Positions 42,001 to 52,029 of a DNA stretch of 64,000 nt are shown in pieces. Below the pieces are notes generated by a model. That model made no database searches. It had not been told where the DNA came from and saw nothing but the letters and a program-made list of their open reading frames with translations. The DNA comes from Mobula hypostoma (Eukaryota): assembly GCF_963921235.1 (NCBI RefSeq), contig NC_086097.1, positions 174,222,001 through 174,286,000 on the forward strand. Reading direction: 5' to 3'. The translations under genes were made by a program, and so were the position numbers. How positions within the stretch are numbered: the stretch's first letter is position 1; each line of letters opens with the position of its first letter.

Positions 42001-45000
42001 TGGGATTGCTGTGCCACTGGAGAGGGTAAATTGCCTTCTGATTGCTGGTGGGATTGCTCTGCTACCAGAGAGCGTAAACTGCCTTCTGATTGCTGGTGCG
42101 ATTGCTCTGCTGACAGAGAGGGTAAATTGCCTTCTGATTGCCGGTGGGATTGCTGTGCTACCACAGATGGTAAATTGCCTTCTAATTGCTGGTGGGATTG
42201 CTGTGCTACCAGAGAGGGTAAATTGCCTTCTGATTGCTGGTGGGATTGCTCTGCTACCAGAGAGGGTAAATTGCCTTCTGATTGCTGGTGGGATTGCTCT
42301 GCTGCTGGAGAGGGGGGACTGCTTTCTGATTGCTGGTGGGATTGCTCTGCTACCAGAGAGGGTAAATTGCCTTCTGATTGCTGGTGGGATTGCTGTGCTA
42401 CCAGAGAGGGTAAATTGCCTTCTGATTGCTGGTGGGATTGCTGTGCTACCAGAGATGGTAAACTGCCTTCTGTTGCTGGTGGGATTGCTGTGTTGCTGGA
42501 GAGGTGGGGCTGCCTTGAGATTGCTGGTGGGATTGCTGTGCCACTGGAGAGGGTAAATTGCCTTCTGATTGCTGGTGGGATTGCTCTGCTGCCAGAGAGC
42601 GTAAACTGCCTTCTGATTGCTGGTGGGATTGCTCTGCTACCAAAGAAGGTAAATTGCCCTCTGATTGCTGGTGGGATTGCTGTGTTGCTGGAGAGGAGGG
42701 ACTGCCTTCTGATTGCTGGTGGGATTGCTCTGCTCCCAGAGAGCGTAAACTGCCTTCTCATTGCTGGTGGGATTGCTCTGCTACCAGTGAGGGTAAATTG
42801 CTTTCTGATTGCCGGTGGGATTGCTGTGCTACCAGAGAGGGTAAATTGCCTTCTGATTGCTGGTGGGATTGCTCTGCTACCAGAGAGGGTAAATTGCTTT
42901 CTGATTGCTGGTGGGATTGCTGTGCTACCAGAGAGGGTAAATTGCCTTCTGACCACTGGTGGGATTGCTCTGCGATCACAGAGGGTAAATTGCCTTCTGA
43001 TTGCTGCTGGGATTGCTCTGCGATCACAGAGGGTAAATTGCCTTCTGATTGCTGCTGGGATTGCTCTGCTACCAGAGAGGGTAAATTGCCTTCTGATTGC
43101 TGGTGGGATTGCTGTGCTACCAGAGAGGGTAAATTGCCTTCTGATTGCCGGTGGGATTGCTGTGATACCAGAGAGAGTAAATTATCTTCTCATTGCTGGT
43201 GGGATTGCTCTGCTACCAGAAAGGGTAAATTGCTTTCTGATTGCTGGTGGGATTGCTCTGCTACCAGAGAGGGTAAATTGCCTTCTGATTGATGGTGGGA
43301 TTGCTCTGCTACCAGAGAGGGTAAACTGCCTTCTGATTGCTGGTGGGATTGCTCTGCTACCAGAGAGGGTAAACTGCCTTCTGATTGCTGGTGGGATTGC
43401 TCTGCTACCAGAGAGGGTAAATTGCCTTCTGATTGCTGGTGGGATGAGTCTGCTACCAGAGAGGGTAAATTGCCTTCTGATTGCTGTTGGGATTGCTGTG
43501 CTACTGGAGAGGGTAAACTGCCTTCTGATTGCTGGTGGGATTGCTCTGCTACCAGAGAGGGTCAACTGCCTTCTGATTGCTGGTGGGATTGCTCTGCTAC
43601 CAGAGAGGGCAAATTTCCTTCTGATTGCTGGTGGGATGAGTCTGCTACCAGAGAGGGTAAATTGCCTTCTGATTGCTGTTGGGATTGCTGTGCTACTGGA
43701 GAGGGTAAATTGCCTTCTGATTGCTGGTGGGATTGCTCTGCTACCAGAGAGGGTAAATTGCCTTCTGATTGCTGGTGGGATTGCTCTGCTACCAGAGAGG
43801 GTAAATTGCCTTCTGATTGCTGGTGGGATTGCTCTGCTGCTGGAGAGGGGGGACTGCTTTCTGATTGCTGGTGGGATTGCTCTGCGGCTGGGGAGGGGGG
43901 ACTACATTCTGATTGCTGGTGGGATTGCTCTGCTACCAGAGAGGGTAAATTGTTTTCTGATTGCTGGTGGGATTGCTCTGGTACCAGAGAGGGTAAATTG
44001 CTTTCTGATTGCTGGTGCGATTGCTCTGCTACCAGAGAGGGTAAATTGCCTTCTGATTTCTGTTGGGATTGCTGTGCGACCAGAGAGGGTTAATTGCCTT
44101 CTGCTTGCTGGTGGGATTGCTCTGCTGCTGGAGGGGGGCCTGCCTTCTGATTGCTGGTGGGATTGCTGTGTTGCTGGAGAGGAGGGACTGCCTTCTGATT
44201 GCTGGTGGGATTGCTCTGCTCCCAGAGAGCGTAAATTGCCTTCTGATTGCTGCTGGGATTGCTCTGCTAACAGAGAGGGTAAATTGCCTTCTGATTGCTG
44301 GTGGGATTGCTGTGCTACCAGAGAGGGTAAATTGCCTTCTGATTGCTGGTGGGATTGCTCTGCTACCAGAGAGGGTAAATTGCCTTCTGATTGCTGGTGG
44401 GATTGCTCTGCTACCAGAGAGGGTAAATTGCCTTCTGATTGCTGGTGGGATTGCTCTGCGACCAGAGAGGGTAAATTGCCTTCTGATTGCTGGTGGGATT
44501 GCTCTGCTACCAGAGAGGGTAAATTGCCTTCTGATTGCTGGTGGGATTGCTCTGCTACCAGAGAGGGTAAATTGCCTTCTGATTGCTGGTGGGATTGCTC
44601 TGCTACCAACGAAGGTAAATTGCCTTCTGATTGCTGGTGGGATTGCTCTGCTGCTGGAGAAGGGGGACTTCTTTCTGATTGCTGGTGGGATTGCTCTGCG
44701 GCTGGGGAGGGGGGACTACATTCTGATTGCTGGTGGGATTGCTCTGCTACCAGAGAGGGTAAATTGCCTTCTGATTGCTGGTGGGATTGCTCTGGTACCA
44801 GAGAGGGTAAATTGCTTTCTGATTGCTGGTGCGATTGCTCTGCTACCAGAGAGGGTAAATTGCCTTCTGATTTCTGTTGGGATTGCTGTGCTACCAGAGA
44901 GGGTTAATTGCCTTCTGCTTGCTGGTGGGATTGCTCTGCTGCTGGAGGGGGGCCTGCCTTCTGATTGCTGGTGGGATTGCTATGCTACCAGATAGGGTAA

Positions 45001-48000
45001 ATTGCCTTCAGATTGCTGGTGGGATTGCTCTGCTACTGGAGTGGGTAAATTGCTTTCTGATTGCTGATGGGATTGTTCTGCTAACGGAGAGGGTGAAATG
45101 CCTTCTGGTTGCTGGTGGGATTGGTCTGCTACCGGAGAGGGTAAATTGCCTTCAGATTGCTGGTGGGATTGCTCTGCTACTGGAGTGGGTAAATTGCCTT
45201 CTGATTGCTGATGGGATTGTTCTGCTACCAGAGAGGGTAAATTGCCTTCTGATTGCTGGTGGGATTGCTCTGCTACCCGAGAGGGTAAATTGCCTTCTGA
45301 TTGCTGTTGGGATTGCTGTGCTCCTGGAGAGGGTAAACTGCCTTCTGATTGCTGTTGGGAGTGTTCTGCTGCTGGAGACGGGGTACTGCTTTCTGATTGC
45401 TGTTGGGATCGCTGTGCTCCTGGAGAGGGGGTCTGCTTCCTGATTGCTGGTGGGTTGGCTCTGCTACCAGAGACGGTAAATTGCCTTCTGATTGCTGGTG
45501 GGATTGCTCTGCTGCCAGAGAGGGTAAATTGCCTTCTGATTGCTGGTGGGATTGCTGTGCTACCAGAGAGGGTAAATTGCCTTCTGATTGCTGATGGGAT
45601 TGCTCTGCTAACAGAGAGGCTAAATTGCCTTTTGATTGCTGGTTGGATTGCTCTGCTACCAGAGAAGGTAAATTGCCTTCTGATTGCTGGTGGGATTGCT
45701 CTGCTACCAGAGAGGGTAAATTGCCTTCTAATTGCTGGTGGGATTGCTGTGCTACTAGAGAGGGTAAATTGCCTTCTGATTGCTGGTAGGATTGCTCTGC
45801 TGCTGGAGAGGGGTACTGCTTTCTAATTGCTGGTGGGATTGCTCTGCTACCAGAGACGGTAAATTGCCTTCTGATTGCTGGTGGGATTGCTCTGCTACCA
45901 GAGAGGTTAAACTGCCTTCTGATTGCTGGTGGGATTGCTGTGCTACCAGAGAGGGTAAATTGCCTTCTGATTGCTGGTGGGATTGCTCTGCTGCTGGAGA
46001 GGGGGTGTTGCTTTCTGATTGCTGGTGGGATTGCTGTGCTCCAGAGAGGGTGGACTGCTTTCTGATTGCTGGTGGGATTTCTCTGCTACCAGAGAGGGTA
46101 TATTGCCTTCTGATTGCTTGTGGGATTGCTGTGCTACCAGAGAGGGTAAATTGCCTTCTGATTGCTGGTGGGATTGCTGTGCTACCAGAGAGGGTGGACT
46201 GCTTTCTGATTGCTGGTGGGATTTCTCTGCTACCAGAGAGGGTATATTGCCTTCTCATTGCTGGTGGGATTGCTGTGCTGCCAGAGAGGGAAAATTGCCT
46301 TCTGATTGCTGGTGGGATTGCTCTGCTACCAGAGAGGGTAAATTGTCGTCTTATTGCTGGTGGGATTGCTGTGCTACCAGAGAGGGTAAATTGCCTTCTG
46401 ATTGCTGGTGGGATTGCTCTGCTACCAGAGAGGGTAAATTGCCTTCTGATTGCTGGTGGGATTGCTCTGCTACCAGAGAGGGTAAATTGCCTTCTGATTG
46501 CTGGTGGGATTGCTGTGCTACCAGAGAGGGTAAATTGCCTTCTGATTGCTGGTGGGATTGCTCTGCTACCAGAGAGGGTAAATTGCCTTCTAATTGCTGG
46601 TGGGATTGCTGTGCTACTAGAGAGGGTAAATTGCCTTCTGATTGCTGGTAGGATTGCTCTGCTGCTGGAGAGGGGTACTGCTTTCTAATTGCTGGTGGGA
46701 TTGCTCTGCTACCAGAGACGGTAAATTGCCTTCTGATTGCTGGTGGGATTGCTCTGCTACCAGAGAGGTTAAACTGCCTTCTGATTGCTGGTGGGATTGC
46801 TGTGCTACCAGAGAGGGTAAATTCCCTTCTGATTGCTGGTGGGATTGCTCTGCTGCTGGAGAGGGGGTGTTGCTTTCTGATTGCTGGCGGGATTGCTGTG
46901 CTACAGAGAGGGGGGACTGCTTTCTGATTGCTGGTGGGATTGCTCTGCTACCAGAGAGGGTAAATTGCCTTCTGATTGCTGGTGGGATTGCTCTGCTACC
47001 AGAGAGGGTAAATTGCCTTCTGATTGCTGGTGGGATTGCTGTGCTACCAGAGAGGGTGGACTGCTTTCTGATCGCTGGTGGGATTTCTCTGCTACCAGAG
47101 AGGGTATATTGCCTTCTCATTGCTGGTGGGATTGCTGTGCTGCCAGAGAGGGAAAATTGCCTTCTGATTGCTGGTGGGATTGCTCTGCTACCAGAGAGGG
47201 TAAATTGCCTTCTGATTGCTGGTGGGATTGCTGTGCTACCAGAGAGGGTAAATTGCGTTCTGATTGCTGGTGGGATTGCTCTGCTACCAGAGAGGGTAAA
47301 TTGCCTTCTGATTGCTGGTGGGATTGCTGTGCTACCAGAGAGGGTAAATTGCTATCTGATTGCTGGTGGGATTGCTGTGCTACCAGAGAGGGTAAATTGC
47401 CTTCTGATTGCTAATGGCATTGCTCTGCTACCAGAGAGGGTAAATTGCAGTCTGATTGCTGGTAGGATTGCTCTGCTACCAGCGAGGGTAAATTACCTTC
47501 TGATTGCTGGTGGGATTGCTCTGCTACCAGAGAGGGTAAATTGCTTTCTGATTTCTGGTGGGATTGCTCTGCTACCAGAGAGGGTAAACTGCCTTCTGAT
47601 TGCTGGTGGGATTGCTCTGCTACCAGAGAGGGTCAACTGCCTTCTGATTGCTGGTGGGATTGCTCTGCTACCAGAGAGGGTAAATTGCCTTCTGATTGCT
47701 GGTGGGATTGCTCTGCTACCAGAGAGGGCAAATTTCCTTCTGATTGCTGGTGGGATGAGTCTGCTACCAGAGAGGGTAAATTGCCTTCTGATTGCTGTTG
47801 GGATTGCTGTGCTACTGGAGAGGGTAAACTGCCTTCTGATTGCTGGTGGGATTGCTCTGCTACCAGAGAGGGTAAATTGCCTTCTGATTGCTGGTGGGAT
47901 TGCTCTGCTACCAACGAAGGTAAATTGCCTTCTGATTGCTGGTGGGATTGCTCTGCTGCTGGAGAGGGGGGACTGCTTTCTGATTGCTGGTGGGATTGCT

Positions 48001-50881
48001 CTGCGGCTGGAGAGGGGGGACTACATTCTGATTGCTGGTGGGATTGCTCTGCTACCAGAGAGGGTAAATTGCCTTCTGATTGCTGGTGGGATTGCTCTGC
48101 TACCAGAGAGGGTAAATTGCTTTCTGATTGCTGGTGGGATTGCTCTGCTACCAGAGAGGGTAAATTGCCTTCTGCTTGCTGGTGGGATTGCTCTGCTGCT
48201 GGAGGGGGGCCTGCCTTCTGATTGCTGGTGGGATTGCTCTGCTACCAGAGAGGGTAAATTGCCTTCTGATTGCTGGTGGGATTGCTGTGCTACCAGAGAG
48301 GGTAAATTGCCTTCTGATTGCTGGTGGGATTGCTGTGCTACCAGAGAGGGTAAATTGCCTTCTGATTGCTAATGGCATTGCTCTGCTACCAGAGAGGGTA
48401 AATTGCAGTCTGATTGCTGGTAGGATTGCTCTGCTACCAGCGAGGGTAAATTACCTTCTGATTGCTGATGGGATTGCTCTGCTACCAGAGAGGGTAAATT
48501 GCTTTCTGATTTCTGGTGGGATTGCTCTGCTACCAGAGAGGGTAAACTGCCTTCTGATTGCTGGTGGGATTGCTCTGCTACCAGAGAGGGTCAACTGCCT
48601 TCTGATTGCTGGTGGGATTGCTCTGCTACCAGAGAGGGTAAATTTCCTTCTGATTGTTGGTGGGATGAGTCTGCTACCAGAGAGGCTAAATTGCCTTCTG
48701 ATTGCTGGTGGGATGTGTCTGCTACCAGAGAGGGTAAATTGCCTTCTGATTGCTGTTGGGATTGCTGTGCTACTGGAGAGGGTAAACTGCCTTCTGATTG
48801 CTGGTGGGATTGCTCTGCTACTTGAGAGGGTAATTTGCCTTCTGATTGCTGGTGGGATTGCTCTGCTACCAGAGAAGGTAAATTGCCTTCTGATTGCTGG
48901 TGGGATTGCTCTGCTGCTGGAGAGGAGGGACTGCTTTCTGATTGCTGGTGGGATTGCTCTGCGGCTGGGGAGGGGGGACTACATTCTGATTGCTGGTGGG
49001 ATTGCTCTGCTACCAGAGAGGGTAAATTGTTTTCTGATTGCTGGTGGGATTGCTCTGGTACCAGAGAGGGTAAATTGCTTTCTGATTGCTGGTGCGATTG
49101 CTCTGCTACCAGAGAGGGTTAATTGCCTTCTGCTTGCTGGTGGGATTGCTCTGCTGCTGGAGGGGGGCCTGCCTTCTGATTGCTGGTGGGATTGCTATGC
49201 TACCAGATAGGGTAAATTGCCTTCAGATTGCTGGTGGGATTGCTCTGCTACTGGAGTGGGTAAATTGCTTTCTGATTGCTGATGGGATTGTTCTGCTAAC
49301 GGAGAGGGTGAATTGCCTTCTGGTTGCTGGTGGGATTGGTCTGCTACCGGAGAGGGTAAATTGCCTTCAGATTGCTGGTGGGATTGCTCTGCTACTGGAG
49401 TGGGTAAATTGCCTTCTGATTGCTGATGGGATTGTTCTGCTACCAGAGAGGGTAAATTGCCTTCTGATTGCTGGTGGGATTGCTCTGCTACCAGAGAGGG
49501 TATGTTGCTTTCTGATTTCTGGTGGGATTGCTCTGCTACCAGAGAGGGTAAACTGCCTTCTGATTGCTGGTGGGATTGCTCTGCTACCAGAGAGGGTCAA
49601 CTGCCTTCTGATTGCTGGTGGGATTGCTCTGCTACCAGAGAGGGTAAATTGTTTTCTGATTGCTGGTGGGATTGCTCTGCTACCAGAGAGGGTAAATTGC
49701 TTTCTGATTGCTGGTGGGATTGCTCTGCTACCAGAGAGGGTAAATTGCCTTCTGATTTCTGTTGGGATTGCTGTGCTACCAGAGAGGGTAAATTGCCTTC
49801 TGCTTGCTGGTGGGAGTGTTCTGCTGCTGGAGACGGGGGACTGCTTTCTGATTGCTGTTGGGGTTGCTGTGCTCCTGGAGAGGGGGTCTGCTTTCTGATT
49901 GCTGGTGTGTTGGCTCTGCTACCAGAGAGGGTAAATTGCCTTCTGATTGCTGGTGGGATTGCTCTGTTACCAGAGAGGGTAAACTGCCTTCTGATTGCTG
50001 ATGGGATTGCTCTGCTGACAGAGAGGCTAAATTGACTTTTGATTGCTGGTGGGATTGCTCTGCTACCAGAGAAGGTAAATTGCCTTCTGATTGCTGATGG
50101 GATTGCTCTGCTACCAGAGAGGGTAAATTTCCTTCTGATTGCTGATGGGATTGCTCTGGTACCAGAGAGGGTAAACTGCCTTCTGATTGCTGGTGGGATT
50201 GCTCTGCTACCAGAGAGGGTAAACTGCCTTCTGATTGCTGGTGGGATTACTCTGCTACCAGAGAGCGAAAATTGCCTCCTGATTGCTGGTGGGATTACTC
50301 TGCTCCCAGAGAGTGTGAACTGCCTTCTGATTGCTGGTGGGATTGCTCTGCTACCAGAGAGCGAAAATTGCCTCCTGATTGCTGGTGGGATTACTCTGCT
50401 CCCACAGAGTGTAAACTGCCTTCTGATTGCTGGTGGGATTGCTCTGCTACCAGAGAGGGCAAATTGCCTTCTGATTGCTGTTGGGATTACTCTGCTACCA
50501 GAGAGCGAAAATTACCTCCTGATTGCTGGTGGGATTACTCTGCTCCCAGAGAGTGTAAACCGCCTTCTGGTTGCTGGTGGGATTGCTCTGCTGCTGGAGA
50601 GGGGGGACTGCCTTCTGATTGCTGGTGGGATTCCTCTGATACCAGAGAGGGTAAATAGCTTTCTGATTGCTCGTGGGATTGCTCTGCTACAAGAGAGGGT
50701 AAATTGCCTTCTGATTCCTGGTGGGATTCCTCTGCTAACAGAGAGGGTAAACTGCCTTCTGATTGCTGCTGGGATTGCTCTGCTGCTGGAGAAGGGGGAC
50801 TGCTTTAGTTGCTGGTGGGATTGCTGTGCTAGTGGAGAGTGTAAACTGCCTTCTGATTGCTGGTCGGATTGCTCTGCTGCT
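1..50881. repeat. Giant tandem array (satellite/macro-minisatellite) of a 48-bp unit, about 1,060 copies, continuing beyond the left window edge
   Basis: Head-to-tail copies of GCTACCAGAGAGGGTAAATTGCCTTCTGATTGCTGGTGGGATTGCTCT, with a second common variant GCTGCTGGAGAGGGGGGACTGCTTTCTGATTGCTGGTGGGATTGCTCT. There are no unique spacers and no foreign insertions. The last recognisable unit ends at about 50880 (…GATTGCTCTGCTGC). Confidence 0.99.
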
Positions 50882-51213
50882 CCCTCCTTCCCCGTGTGCC
50901 CTGTCACTGTGCCCAGAGAATGTTACCCTGGTTTTTGTGTTTTGGATATTGTTATGGACTTGGGCTGTGTTCAGTGGACTTTAACGCCCGCCCCCCCCCC
51001 CCCGCAGTCTTACAGTTTTTTTTGTATTCTTTTTTTTTGCCTGATCCTGTTTTCTTTCGTGCAGGGGAGGAGTTATTTGGTGGGTCGGTGATCCTGTTCT
51101 GTTTTTCATCTGGTTTTTGGGCAGGAGAGGGGGATTTTGGGGTTAATGATTGCTTTGCCATTCTTTTCTTGGTTTTGTGGCTACCTGGAGAAGAAGAATT
51201 TCAGAGTTGTATA
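50882..51213 (+). mobile_element. 3' part of a non-LTR retroelement (SINE/LINE-type tail); interrupted by a DNA transposon and resuming at 51949-51973
   Basis: TTTTGTGGCTACCTGGAGAAGAAGAATTTCAGAGTTGTATA … CTTTGATATTAAGTTTAACCTTG. Reverse-complement relatives of this tail occur in the window at about 56605-56692 (…TATACAACCTTGAGATTCATCTCCTTACAGGCAGCCACAAAACAAG) and 58275-58335, so it is a dispersed repeat. Confidence 0.6.
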
Positions 51214-51948
51214 CAGTCTGTGAGGGATTAGTTCCGATACCCCCTGCAGTTAGCAAAATACGCGGATGCTCAAGTCCCTTATTTAACCTGCCTCCGTGCG
51301 GGTGTACTTTCGGACCCAGAGCAGCACAGGACCTGCTGCTCTCAGTGTTTCTGTTTCGTTGACTTATAATACCTAATACAATGTAAATGCTATGTTAATA
51401 ATTGTTATACTGTATTGTTTAGGGAATAGTGACAAGAAAAAAAGTCTGTACATGTTCAGTACAGACGCAACCATCGTAGCTCTTCTGAGAACGCCGATGC
51501 TGCCTCGGCATCAGCAGATGCCGATTCTCCTGTGATCTTTAAGTTCTTGAGGCTGTAGCGCTTTACATAGCCAGCCAGCCATCCCTAGCACTAACACTTC
51601 CACGAATTTCAGCTTCTTTCTGCTTTATTGTACGAATGCTCGATTCATTCTTACCGACCTTACAGCTCACTTCAGAATGCGACATGCCACTTTTCAAAAG
51701 ATCTAATATTTCTAATATTTTGGTGAGAGATAGCACTTTAGATTCCCTCTTAGCCTTTGAGGAACTGCTTTGCCCATGCAATTGCTTTTTAGGAGCCATT
51801 TTTTCACAGAAACTAAGTAGCGAACGAACGAGACATGAGGTGAACGATGCTGGAACAACGAGTGCTGGAGGGAGAACTTCTGGGTTTTCCCGATTCGCGG
51901 TTGGTTGAATTTGCGCATGCGGAACTCGCGGATAAGCAGGGCCGACTG
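51214..51948 (-). mobile_element. TcMar-Tigger (MER2-like) DNA transposon, internally deleted, 735 bp, TA target-site duplication
   Basis: Termini are TA|CAGTC…GACTG|TA (TA at 51212-13 and 51949-50). The right end reads CAGTCGGCCCTGCTTATCCGCG on the minus strand, and the left TIR is partly deleted. Internal blocks resemble the MER2 consensus as I recall it (GGATGCTCAAGTCCCT; ACTTATAATACCTAATACAATGTAAATGCTATG…CAGACGCAACCATC; CGCGGTTGGTTGAAT). It contains a transposase N-terminus. Confidence 0.9.
51563..51799 (-). pseudogene. Truncated Tigger/pogo transposase N-terminus (CENP-B-type helix-turn-helix)
   Basis: The ORF MAPKKQ…KAKRESKVLSLTKILEILDLLKSGMSHSEVSCKVGKNESSIRTIKQKEAEI has the pattern of TIGD/Tigger N-terminal DNA-binding domains. 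It lies inside the TA-flanked element, and the DDE domain is absent. Confidence 0.85.
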
Positions 51949-52029
51949 TACTTTGATATTAAGTTTAACCTTGGATTCAAAATGACTTGAGTGGGTGTTC
52001 ATTTGAATGTGTATGTGTGCCATATGTCA

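Noticed and set aside
1..50881. CRISPR array (a constant TCTGATTGCTGGTGGGATTGCT block alternating with a more variable block)
   Set aside because: The variable halves are all variants of one sequence rather than unique spacers. There are no cas genes, and the context is a spliced vertebrate gene.
1..50881. Telomeric or G-quadruplex repeat
   Set aside because: There is no TTAGGG. The consensus has only two GGG runs per 48 bp with long loops, so canonical G4 potential is weak except locally at G6-G10 variants.
67..51091. The long ORFs over the array as real genes (Cys/Trp-rich, LRR-like or membrane proteins)
   Set aside because: They follow automatically from a 48-bp unit without stops. They overlap in four frames, mostly start at non-ATG codons, swap frames at indels and contain sporadic stops.
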